Shown here piece after piece: positions 7,777 through 16,717 of a DNA stretch of 20,781 bases; the first letter of the stretch is position 1; each line of letters begins with the position of its first letter. The position numbers and the translations under genes are program-made. The DNA comes from Pedosphaera sp. (GTDB lineage Bacteria > Verrucomicrobiota > Verrucomicrobiia > Limisphaerales > SIBH01): the NCBI GenBank assembly GCA_031414955.1, contig JANOQV010000046.1, positions 1 through 20,781 on the forward strand, in the 5' to 3' direction. Under the pieces are notes generated by a model. That model had not been told where the DNA came from, did not search any database, and was given only the letters and a program-made list of their open reading frames with translations.

Positions 7777-10700
7777 CAGTGCTGAATCAATCGGTAGAAG
7801 GCCGAGGGAAGTGGAACTGGATCATCCACATACTGAAACAGTCCATTGGCCGGCGCGGTGACGGTGGGTGGCTGGTTGGTCCAGGGGCCAGCGGGACTGA
7901 GGGCACGCTGGATGTCGTACTGATAACCAGGAATGCCGGCAAAATCGATCGTAGCTATGGTGCCCGACACGATCGGCGTCATGGCGATGCCGCCGGCGGT
8001 CGTGACCAGGATGGTGATGGTGTTCGTCGCCATGCGCACGGTGTCGCCGGTGCGATAGGCCGAGCGCACGTCGCGCACCGCATAGCTGATCGTTTCGCTC
8101 AAATGATTCGCCGGTGAGATGAAGATGAACGTGCCGTTGGTCGAGATAGTCGAGCCGTTCGTGCTCGAGCCGGCGACCACCAGGGCACGGGAGTCGCCAT
8201 CAAGGTCGCTGGTGGAGTTGGTCAGCAGGTGATTGATCTGAATCTTGAACGAGGTGCCCTTGTTGCGTGTGTAGGTCGCGGCGCCGGCCACCGGAGTGCG
8301 ATTGGGGGTGAAGGTCAGGCTCAGGTTGGTCGGCCCATTGTTCGTGTTCACACTGAACACGCCGCCCGCGAGGTCGTTGCTGAACTGCGTGTCGTTAATC
8401 AGGAACTTGTTCGCCACGAAATTCGTCACCGTGCCATTGGTGGTCACGGCGATGGTCCAAGTGCTCGTGTTGTTGTTGTTGAAATTCGCCGCCAGGCCGG
8501 GGCTGGAATTGTTCAACGTGGCCAGGGTGAGATTGAAGGGCGTGCCCGACGAGGCTTGCAGATCGAGGCCGTTGGTGATGCTCAACAGATCCCAGCTCGT
8601 GCCGATGGTGCCGGTGGCGTTGGTCAGTTCCCATTGGTAGGTGGCGCCTCCGTTCCAAAGTTCACTCCGGCTGGCCAGCCGGCCCGCACTGCTGCCCGGG
8701 GCCACGATGCCATCCAGAGTCACGGGAATGTAAATGGAGGTGGTCCCCTTGAGCGTGCCGGTGCTGGCGATGGCCGCGCTGCCGGTTCCCGTTACTTTGC
8801 CCGAGTTGAGCGCGAGCGTTCCGTTGACCGTGACCGCGCTGTTGAAGACCGCCCCGGCCGCGTTGTTCACCGTCAACCCGTTGAACGTCGTGGCCCCGGC
8901 GAGGATTTGGGCGCTGGTTCCGCCGAAGGTCACCGTGCTGCCGCCACTGGTGAAGGTGCCGGTGTTCGTCCAGTTGCCAGCGAGATTGATGGCCGTGGCT
9001 GTGCCGGCATCCAAGGTGCCCGCGGCGATGCCCAAATTTCCGTTCACTGCCAGGGTGGTGGTGTTGCCACCGACGCTCAAGGTTTGCCCGGACTTGGCCA
9101 CGATGAGGTTGCTGAAGGTCTGGCTGGTGGCGCTGCCGTTAATCGCCTGCGCCGCAGTTGAGTTGTTGAACTTCACCGTGCCGGCACCAGGCGCAAATGA
9201 GCCGCCGTTGTTCGACCAATCGCCCGCGACGTTAAGAATGGGGAGGCCGGTGCTGATGGCGGGCTGAAGCGTGCCGCCGTTCAGTTGAACGTCGCCCGCT
9301 ACGTTCACCGTGGGAACTCCCGAGCCGGTTGAAAAAATGAGCGTGCCGCCGTTGACAATCAGATCACCGCCGACATCGAGCGTGAATGTGGTGGTGGCAG
9401 TCAATCGCAGACTGCCCGAGGTGCCGGCGTTGGCCACGGTGAAATCACCGTTGATCGTAGTGAGGTTGCCGCTGGCACTGCAATTGCCACCGCCTTGACT
9501 GGGGCAATTCCAGACAAAGTGCCCAAAGATCTGGTCGTAGGAAGTTCCCAGCGTGACCCCGGTGGTGTAGCCGATAATTTCGCACGTTGAGTTTGCATCC
9601 CAAGTGGCGGTAGGAATCGTGCCCGCCGTGGTCGTGAAGTTGTGCTGATACTTCGCCCCGGATTGAAAGATGCCTGCCCCCGACATCGTCATGGTGCCGG
9701 CGTTGTTCACGGTGCCATACACGTCGAGATCCGTGCCGGTGCCATTGGCCACAGTGAAGGTGATGGCATTGCTGATGGACAATTGGCCGCCCGCTTCCAC
9801 CCGCATTTGATCTCCGCCCGCAGTGGCGGAAACCGTCACCACATGAGGGCTGCGGATGAGGATCGTGCCGCTATTTGCGGCGGTCGGCACCGACGCCGGC
9901 GTGGCCCACGCCGCGCCGTTCCATCGTTCCCAGGTCGCAAGGGTGGACCAAGCTCCCGAGGCCACAGAGCGATGATCTCCGGTTGCTTGGGTGATGTTGA
10001 ACGAGGACGAGCTCGCTCCCGCCAGCGGCGACGAACTGGCCGTGAGCGTGTAGCCATTGCCCACTTCGAAGATTTGCAGGTCGCTGAAGGTGGCCACGCC
10101 AGCGACGGCGTTCACCGTGAGTGTTCCTTTCAAGATGCCGCTGGCTGGATTGCTGCCGATGGCCAGCGTCACGGAGGCCGTGCTGGACACCGTATTGCCG
10201 AACACATCTTGAATCGTCACGACCACCGCCGGCGTGATCAACACACCATCGGCCGTATTGACCGGCTGGGTGGTGAAAGCCACTTGCGCCGCCGCCGTTG
10301 CCACCACGGTAAGAGAGGAACTCGCCACTCCGGTCAGCCCGACAATGGTGGCCGTGATGGGCGTGGACTGCGCTCGGACCAAAGTCGTGGCCACGCTGTT
10401 CGCCTGGCCGGCGGTAAAACTCACCGTGGTGGTATAGGTCGGGGTTGCCCCACCCGGCGCATTCGCCGGCCCGGTGTAGCTCACAGTCTTGGAACCAGAA
10501 TATGATGTATCAATACCGTTGAGCACATCCACGGCCGTGAGTGTGAGGTTGAAGGGTGTTCCGGCGGTTTGACTGCTCACACCGCCGGAATTTCCGGTGC
10601 CGGCGGTAAAAGTTTGACCGAGAAGCGTGACCATCAATCGCGTGGCCGAGACCCCGGTCGTGACGTTCAATTTGCCCGTCGTGGACTCGAAGTAAGTGTC

Positions 10701-11807
10701 GTTCTGGTTCGCAGCGCTGGACGCGGTGGTGGATCCCCAAGTGCCGGCAACCACTGAGTTGCCGCCGAGGGTGAGGCTGTTCACGGTGAGGGTAAGCCCG
10801 GCACCCACGCTCGCCGTCGCCGACCCAGAGGGCGCTATACTCAGGTTACCGGCAACTGAAGTGCCTGCTTGCAAGGTCTTCACTGTGGTGGTGCCAGAAA
10901 AAATCAGGTTTCCATAAGCCTCCACCGCGACTGTCTGCGCGCTGCCACTGTAATAATCCACGGTGCTGCTCGCCCCCAAGCTGTGAGTTGTGTAGCTGGC
11001 CGGAAAGTTCGCAGTGCCGCTGAGCCTCAGTTGAGCGCCGTTCGCTAGAGTTAGGGTGCCACCGGAAGACGACCGGTTGGCGGTCAAACCGGCCAGATCC
11101 AAAGTGCCGGCTGTGACGGTCAGGTCGCCCCCGATGGTGGCGTTCCCCGCGAGGGTAAGAGTGCCCGCGGACTTGTTGACGGTGAAGTTATTGAAAGTGT
11201 AAGCGGCACCACTGGACTGCGCGCCCGCGCCATTGAAATTTACGGTGCCGGTGCTGGGAGTGAAAGTTCCGGTAGTGCCGCTCATGAAATCGCCTCCCAC
11301 ATTCAAAATTCCCGTGCCGGAGAACGTGATTCGGGAATCAACGCCAGATGAAGTGATGTTCACTGAAACCGTGGCCGTGCCCGTCGAGATGAGGATCTGA
11401 CTGATCCTAGCACCGCCGGTAGTGCCTGAGAGAGCTACGGAGGTCGCCGAGAATGTACCAGCTCCTACATTGATCGTGTTCGCGAGGGTGCCATTACGTT
11501 GAATCGTCACCGCGCCACTGACCGCCAGCGATGCGGTACTGTCGGCGAGGTTAATCGAGGAAGCACCGCTACCTGTGGTGAAGTTTATGGTGCTGCACGC
11601 TGCAGCGTAGGCGCTGGGTACAGTGACGGTGATGCCTGCGTTGATGGTGACGGTATCGCCAGCAACAGGCACAGAGGAACCTCCCCAGGTAGCAGTGTTA
11701 TTCCAATTGCCGTTGACTGAGGCGGTCCTAGCTGCCGCCCAACCCGTCGAAGCGCCAAGCAGGGTCGCCAGGGCCACGAGCACAAGGAGAATTATTTTGT
11801 TTTTCAT
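7776..11807 (-). CDS. Large secreted Gly/Thr/Ser/Asn-rich surface protein (beta-helix-like repeats, Ig-like and cadherin-like modules, C-terminal FYR domain), 1343 aa
   Basis: Signal peptide MKNKIILLVLVALATLLGASTGWA|A; two 'S..G.W....TW...P' module starts; repeated GTV.F.G...Q....TF.NL.V/GGDL.V.GGTL units; Ig-like FTTQP...QDVFGN...GVATFSDL; APG.S.G.L...YQWEL.NATG..G..WDLL region; cadherin-like NRTPVA...LLTN..DLDGD; no beta-barrel. Confidence 0.85.
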   Translation of the reverse strand: MKNKIILLVLVALATLLGASTGWAAARTASVNGNWNNTATWGGSSVPVAGDTVTINAGITVTVPSAYAAACSTINFTTGSGASSINLADSTASLAVSGAVTIQRNGTLANTINVGAGTFSATSVALSGTTGGARISQILISTGTATVSVNITSSGVDSRITFSGTGILNVGGDFMSGTTGTFTPSTGTVNFNGAGAQSSGAAYTFNNFTVNKSAGTLTLAGNATIGGDLTVTAGTLDLAGLTANRSSSGGTLTLANGAQLRLSGTANFPASYTTHSLGASSTVDYYSGSAQTVAVEAYGNLIFSGTTTVKTLQAGTSVAGNLSIAPSGSATASVGAGLTLTVNSLTLGGNSVVAGTWGSTTASSAANQNDTYFESTTGKLNVTTGVSATRLMVTLLGQTFTAGTGNSGGVSSQTAGTPFNLTLTAVDVLNGIDTSYSGSKTVSYTGPANAPGGATPTYTTTVSFTAGQANSVATTLVRAQSTPITATIVGLTGVASSSLTVVATAAAQVAFTTQPVNTADGVLITPAVVVTIQDVFGNTVSSTASVTLAIGSNPASGILKGTLTVNAVAGVATFSDLQIFEVGNGYTLTASSSPLAGASSSSFNITQATGDHRSVASGAWSTLATWERWNGAAWATPASVPTAANSGTILIRSPHVVTVSATAGGDQMRVEAGGQLSISNAITFTVANGTGTDLDVYGTVNNAGTMTMSGAGIFQSGAKYQHNFTTTAGTIPTATWDANSTCEIIGYTTGVTLGTSYDQIFGHFVWNCPSQGGGNCSASGNLTTINGDFTVANAGTSGSLRLTATTTFTLDVGGDLIVNGGTLIFSTGSGVPTVNVAGDVQLNGGTLQPAISTGLPILNVAGDWSNNGGSFAPGAGTVKFNNSTAAQAINGSATSQTFSNLIVAKSGQTLSVGGNTTTLAVNGNLGIAAGTLDAGTATAINLAGNWTNTGTFTSGGSTVTFGGTSAQILAGATTFNGLTVNNAAGAVFNSAVTVNGTLALNSGKVTGTGSAAIASTGTLKGTTSIYIPVTLDGIVAPGSSAGRLASRSELWNGGATYQWELTNATGTIGTSWDLLSITNGLDLQASSGTPFNLTLATLNNSSPGLAANFNNNNTSTWTIAVTTNGTVTNFVANKFLINDTQFSNDLAGGVFSVNTNNGPTNLSLTFTPNRTPVAGAATYTRNKGTSFKIQINHLLTNSTSDLDGDSRALVVAGSSTNGSTISTNGTFIFISPANHLSETISYAVRDVRSAYRTGDTVRMATNTITILVTTAGGIAMTPIVSGTIATIDFAGIPGYQYDIQRALSPAGPWTNQPPTVTAPANGLFQYVDDPVPLPSAFYRLIQH

Positions 11808-12054
11808 TACGCGAAAAGTGATGGGCAGACGGCGGGGGACGGCCCACCGCGATGAACCATCCGGAAGTTAGCTGGTAACTCCCCGACTGGCACCTGAAGC
11901 TCCGTGGAATTCTCCCCGGAATCTATTGTGTGCGTTGGCATCTGATTTCTTCTGATTCTCCGCTGCGGACTTTTTGACCGGCGTGTTCGGCCACTTCGGA
12001 CGTTCCTCATCGGAACTTTCCCTGGTGGAGTTAAGGCCGGGGGGACTGGACAGC

Positions 12055-12096
12055 AATTGGGCAAAACCCCATTCCAACCCACCGTAGTAGTACGGT
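12055..12096. promoter_or_regulatory. Two adjacent palindromes, putative transcription-factor operators upstream of the 1343-aa gene
   Basis: TGGG-CAAAAC-CCCA (12058-12071) and ACCGTA-GTAG-TACGGT (12081-12096), centres 24 bp apart. Confidence 0.35.
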
Positions 12097-12154
12097 CCCC
12101 GGCCAGGAAACAGCCCCAGCCGCACGTTAATTGGATACCCGGTCGCCCTGACCG

Positions 12155-15100
12155 TCAAAGGCCAGCACGGTAAAATCGCTGTGTCGCTCCGGTAACGGAG
12201 TTGGTGATGGTCCACTGCCCGTTGGTGCCGGGAGTATTGGTGGAGAAGGCCTCCCAGAAGATGGGTGGCACGAGGTTGGTGGTGGCTTCCACCACGTATT
12301 GAGCGCCGATGGTGCCGGCAAAGGTGAGGATCATGGTGCCGTCGCCATTGTTGAAAATGCCGAGCACGACCGGCGGTTCGGCCGGCTGGCTGGGCGTCAC
12401 CACCTGGGCCAGGCTGCTGGTGCTGCCCAGGAAATTGCCATCACCCGCATAGGCAGCCGTCACGAGGTTGGTCCCGACTGGCAGCGTGGCGCTGCTGAAT
12501 CCGGCCACGCCGCCAACCAGCGCCACCGCCGGGCCCGCCGCCATTCCGTTAGTCAGGAATTGCACGCTGCCCGTGGGCTGGCCTGCGCCCAATCCGGCGC
12601 GGGCCACGTTGGCCGTGAAGGTGACGTTCGATCCTTCCTGAGAAGGGTTCAGCGAAGAAGCCAGTGAATTTGTGGAATCGGCGGCGGTGACGGCCAGCGT
12701 GCCCCCGTTGGTTGCGACGGAGTAATTACCGAGGCGACTGCCCGGATCGTTGAGCAAGGCGGCGATGGTGTAGTTGCCGACCGGGCTGTTGGTCGTGGCC
12801 GCGCTGGTGAAACTGGGCGTGATGTTGTCGTTGTTGCGGAGTCCAACCAGGGAACCTGCCAACGCAGGATTGGTCACTCCATAAACGCGGTTCGTGCTGG
12901 TGGCGGTCACGGTCAGCGGGGCGGTGGTCACCGTCAGCGTGCCCTGGTTGGTCGTGATGACGTAGTTCCCCAACCGCCCGTTCGGATCACTGAACGACGC
13001 CACGATCGGGTATCCTCCGACCGCGCTGTTGGTCGTCGCCGCACTGGTGAAATTCGCGGTGATGCCGTCGCCGGGCTGCTGGCCGATCAGGTTGCCCATG
13101 AACACAGGATTGGTTTCGCCGTAGCTGCGGTTGGTGCTGTCCACATTGATGCTCAGCGAAGCCGGATTGACCGTAAGCACAAACGTGTCGAGCGAAGTGA
13201 ATGTGCCATCGCTCACGGCCACGGTGATGGTCGCGCCGCCCAGCGTGTTGGCGGAGGGCGTCAGCGTCACGGTCCGGTTCGAGCCTGCACCGCCGAAGAC
13301 AATGTTGTTGGTCGGCACCAGCGCCGGGTTCGAGGAATTGGCCGTGAGCACCAGGTCGTCAGCCGGTGTGGCGTCATCTCCGATGGTGATGGGGATGGCC
13401 GCAGTCGGTATGTTCACCTCGGTTGTCTGGTTGGCGATATTGGTGATGTAAGGAGCCCCGCCGCTGCCGCCCGTGGTCGATACCATCAGACTCCAGCCGC
13501 CTGAGATCGCGCCGTGATCGGGCGCGAAGTCATCGTACACATACAGCGACCAGGTGCCGTTGGCGGCCAGGCCGTTGAAAGTGGACATGGCCACTGCGCC
13601 ATAAGGCCCGGCCGGGGCCGGAGCCGGGAACTGGTTGGTCGAGCCCCAATCGGCGGGCTGCAAGGGCTGCGACCAGATGGGGGACGACTCGGGCAGCGGA
13701 TATGGCGAGCGGTCGGTCAGGGTCACGGTGATGTTGGAAGCCGGGTTGCCTTGAGAAATATGGGAGGCAAGGACCACGCCCTGGCCCGAGGGAGACACCA
13801 GCAGGATTTGCAGGTCGGTGACAAACTCGTGGTCAATGCGGCTCAAGGTCACCTCAAGATCCGTGATGGTCCCGAGCATGCCTGCGACTTGGATCACCGA
13901 GGGATAAGGCGCGGCGGTTCCCACGTTTGGAATGGTGATGGGCGTGGCATTGGCAAAGCGCGCCGCGCCGGACGGGGGCGCGTGGGTGGTGACGACGAAG
14001 TTCGTGCTCGCGCTGTAAATCCCGTCGCTCACCGTCAAGGTGACGGTGGAGGAACCTACCTGGCCGAAGCCCGGCGTGACCGTGAGATAACGGTACGGAG
14101 CCAGGGTGCCGAAGAAGACATTCTCCACGGGAACCACATTCGTGTCCGAGGAAGTGGCGCTCAACAGCAGTTCCGTCGCGGGTGATTCCAAGTCGAACAG
14201 CGCCAACTGCATGGCATCGCTGGGCTGGTCCACGAACAGGTTCAGATTCGGAATCCCGCCGATGCTCGGCGGCGTGTCGGGCGGATGCACGATCAGCAGG
14301 AAGACGCGGTTGGTGCTGAGTTCACCGTCGCTCACGTTCACCGTCACCGTCGCGGTCCCGACCTCATTCGGGGCCGGCACCAAGGTCACCGTGCGGTTGG
14401 ATTCGGCCCCGCCGAGCGTGAGGTTGGCCTCGGGCAGGAGTGTCTGATCCGAGGAAGTTGCGCTCACGACCAGGTTGCTGGCCGCCGACTCCAGGTCGCC
14501 AATCACGAAGGTGACGGGACCTGCCGTCGAGTTCACGCTGATCACGCGATTTGTGATGGCCGAGATGGTCGGCCGGTCATCCACCGGACTGACCGTCAGG
14601 AGGAAGTTTGTCGTGACCAAATACTGGCCGTCGTCCACGCCCACCGTGATAAAGGCGCTCCCATTTTGATTGGGCAGTGGAGTCACGGTCACGGTGCGGT
14701 TGCTGGCCACCCCGGTGATGATGATGTTGTTGGTGGGAACCAGGCTGGGATTCGAAGAATCGCGGCTCAAGACCAGGCTCCCCGCGCCCGTCTCGCCGTC
14801 ACCGATGATGAAGAGGATCGGCCCCGTGTTGGTGTCCTCATCGATGGTTTGATCGCCGATGGCGGAAATGACCGGCGGCGAGTTGGTGAGAATCACCGTG
14901 AGCACAAACGTGTCGTTCGTGCTCAGGCTGCCGTCGTCCACCGTCACGGTGATGACGGCGCTGCCGGTCAGGCCCGGAGCCGGGGTCAAGGTCACGGTGC
15001 GGTTCGCTCCGCTGCCGCCGAAGACAATGTTGTCCGTTGGCACGAGCGTGGGATTGGAGGAGCCGCCCGTGATGGTCAGGCTTTCAGCCGCGTGATCCAC

Positions 15101-16717
15101 GTCGTTGATCGTCACGGGGATGGCCGCCGTCGGCAGGTCCACGGTGGTCAACCGGTTGGGAATGTCGCTGATGGTCGGACGATCATTCACCGCGTTCACC
15201 GTGAGGGTGAAGTTGGTGGTGGTGAAGAGCGTGCCGTCGCTCACGCTCAAGGTGATAACGGTCGTGCCATTGGAGTTCGCGGCCGGCGCGAGCGTCACCG
15301 TGCGGTTGCTGCCGCTGCCACCGAGGAGAAAATTATTCGTGGGCACCAGGCCGGGGTTGGCCGCCCCCACGTTCACCACCAGACTGTTGGCGGCCAGTTC
15401 CGCGTCCGTGACGGTGAAGGCGATTGGTCCCAGCGCGGTGTCTTCATTGATGGTCTGATCCGCCACGGCGGAAATGGTCGGCGGCGTATTGGCGATGTTC
15501 ACCGTCAACTGAAACGAATCGCTCGTGCTGTTGGTTCCGTCGCTCACCACCACGGTGATGGTGGTGACGCCGCTCTGACCCGCCGCCGGGGTCACGCGCA
15601 CGGTGCGGTTGCTGCCGCCGCCGCCGAAGACGATGAAGTTCGTCGGCACCAGGCTGGGATTCGCCGCATAGCCACTCACCACGAGGTTGCTGGCCAGCGT
15701 ATCGGGATCGCCCACCGTGAACGGAATGACCGAAGTGGGCACGCCCTGAGTCGTGACTTGATTTGTGATGTCGCTGATCGAGGGCGGCAACGGTCCGTCC
15801 GCCGCCGCGATCAGCAAGCTCCAGCCGCCGGCCAGCACGCCGTGGTCGGGCGCGATGTCATCCACGAGATAGAGCGACCAGGTGCCGGTGGGCGAGGAGC
15901 CGTTGAAGGAAGCCAGGTTGGTTCCGAAAGGCCCGCCGGGTGCGGGTGCAGGCAGGGTGTTATTGGTCCCGTAATTCGCCGGACGCAACGGCTCGGAGAT
16001 CAACAGAAAATCGTCGGGCAGCGGGAAAGGCGACGTGTCGGTGACGGTGATGGATACATTGCTGATCGCCCGGCCTCCACCCACATGCGCCCAGAACAAC
16101 GCGCCTTGTCCGGTGGGGCCGACGAGCAACATGCGGATGTCCTCCGGGAACTCGTGTTCCAGCCGGCCCAGCGTCAACTCCACCTTCGCCACCGTGCCGG
16201 TCAGCCCCGTGACCTCAATGATCGAAGGATAAACCGAGGCCACGCCGGAGTTCGGAATCGTGATGACATTGGTGTTCGCGAACCGGCCCGATCCAGCCGG
16301 CGGTGGCAGGACGCTAAAGTTGAAGTTCGTGCTCACGTCGTTCGTGCCGTCGCTAACGGTGACAGTAATGGTCGCGCCGCCCGTCTGCCCGAAGGCCGGG
16401 GTCAACGTGAGGTAGCGGAAGTTTCCCAGCGTGCCGAAGAAGATGTTCCCGTCGGGCACGATCGACTGATCCGAGGACACCGCGCTGAGGAGCAAGTTGG
16501 TCTTGGGCGTCTCCGCATCCGCGATGACCATCTCGACGGGGAGCGTGGGCTGATCCACGAACACGACGTGGTTGGAAATCGCCCCGAGGGTCGGCGGCGT
16601 GTTGGCAGCGTGAACCAATCCCACCCCACCGGAAGCGAAGAGAACGGCCATCAAAAAACGTCGCGCCACGATCAGCGGACGTCCCTTGAATCGAGATATT
16701 TTTGGTCCCCAGTCCAT
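12155..16717 (-). CDS. Large secreted repeat protein / putative adhesin: 8 cadherin/Ig-like repeats, 2 P-domain-like modules, 2 MBG-like repeats, a Big_3-like domain and a C-terminal FYR domain, ~1520 aa
   Basis: Signal-like RRFLMAVLFASGGVGLVHA|ANTPP; ~98-aa repeats PP.IS.I.DQ...D....L....SSNP.LVP..NI.FGG.G.NRTVT.TP....G...ITV.VSDG; P-like H....D...LL..P.G...FNG....GTWSLY..D....D.G...GGWSL; MBG-like LTV...S.NR.YG..NP...G. Start uncertain (ATG 16717, GTG 16669 or ATG 16651); the ORF-track extension to 17386 is antisense to the sigma gene. Confidence 0.87.
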   Translation of the reverse strand: MDWGPKISRFKGRPLIVARRFLMAVLFASGGVGLVHAANTPPTLGAISNHVVFVDQPTLPVEMVIADAETPKTNLLLSAVSSDQSIVPDGNIFFGTLGNFRYLTLTPAFGQTGGATITVTVSDGTNDVSTNFNFSVLPPPAGSGRFANTNVITIPNSGVASVYPSIIEVTGLTGTVAKVELTLGRLEHEFPEDIRMLLVGPTGQGALFWAHVGGGRAISNVSITVTDTSPFPLPDDFLLISEPLRPANYGTNNTLPAPAPGGPFGTNLASFNGSSPTGTWSLYLVDDIAPDHGVLAGGWSLLIAAADGPLPPSISDITNQVTTQGVPTSVIPFTVGDPDTLASNLVVSGYAANPSLVPTNFIVFGGGGSNRTVRVTPAAGQSGVTTITVVVSDGTNSTSDSFQLTVNIANTPPTISAVADQTINEDTALGPIAFTVTDAELAANSLVVNVGAANPGLVPTNNFLLGGSGSNRTVTLAPAANSNGTTVITLSVSDGTLFTTTNFTLTVNAVNDRPTISDIPNRLTTVDLPTAAIPVTINDVDHAAESLTITGGSSNPTLVPTDNIVFGGSGANRTVTLTPAPGLTGSAVITVTVDDGSLSTNDTFVLTVILTNSPPVISAIGDQTIDEDTNTGPILFIIGDGETGAGSLVLSRDSSNPSLVPTNNIIITGVASNRTVTVTPLPNQNGSAFITVGVDDGQYLVTTNFLLTVSPVDDRPTISAITNRVISVNSTAGPVTFVIGDLESAASNLVVSATSSDQTLLPEANLTLGGAESNRTVTLVPAPNEVGTATVTVNVSDGELSTNRVFLLIVHPPDTPPSIGGIPNLNLFVDQPSDAMQLALFDLESPATELLLSATSSDTNVVPVENVFFGTLAPYRYLTVTPGFGQVGSSTVTLTVSDGIYSASTNFVVTTHAPPSGAARFANATPITIPNVGTAAPYPSVIQVAGMLGTITDLEVTLSRIDHEFVTDLQILLVSPSGQGVVLASHISQGNPASNITVTLTDRSPYPLPESSPIWSQPLQPADWGSTNQFPAPAPAGPYGAVAMSTFNGLAANGTWSLYVYDDFAPDHGAISGGWSLMVSTTGGSGGAPYITNIANQTTEVNIPTAAIPITIGDDATPADDLVLTANSSNPALVPTNNIVFGGAGSNRTVTLTPSANTLGGATITVAVSDGTFTSLDTFVLTVNPASLSINVDSTNRSYGETNPVFMGNLIGQQPGDGITANFTSAATTNSAVGGYPIVASFSDPNGRLGNYVITTNQGTLTVTTAPLTVTATSTNRVYGVTNPALAGSLVGLRNNDNITPSFTSAATTNSPVGNYTIAALLNDPGSRLGNYSVATNGGTLAVTAADSTNSLASSLNPSQEGSNVTFTANVARAGLGAGQPTGSVQFLTNGMAAGPAVALVGGVAGFSSATLPVGTNLVTAAYAGDGNFLGSTSSLAQVVTPSQPAEPPVVLGIFNNGDGTMILTFAGTIGAQYVVEATTNLVPPIFWEAFSTNTPGTNGQWTITNSVTGATQRFYRAGL

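Noticed and set aside
7776..11807. Classical type V autotransporter call
   Set aside because: Passenger-like repeats are present but there is no ~280-aa C-terminal beta-barrel and no terminal aromatic residue.
11888..11950. Sigma-54-like TGGCAC / TGGCAT boxes
   Set aside because: Both lack TTGC at the right spacing and point away from the downstream gene.
11960..12075. c-di-GMP-I riboswitch in the leader (GGGAAAG / GGGCAAAA and hairpins)
   Set aside because: The GGCAAA-P2(GNRA)-GACGCAAA-P3 architecture cannot be assembled on the sense (minus) strand.
12700..15780. CRISPR array or DGR-type nucleotide repeats
   Set aside because: The repeats are diverged in-frame ~220-300 bp protein-domain repeats; no cas or reverse transcriptase gene and no adenine-specific repeat pair were seen.
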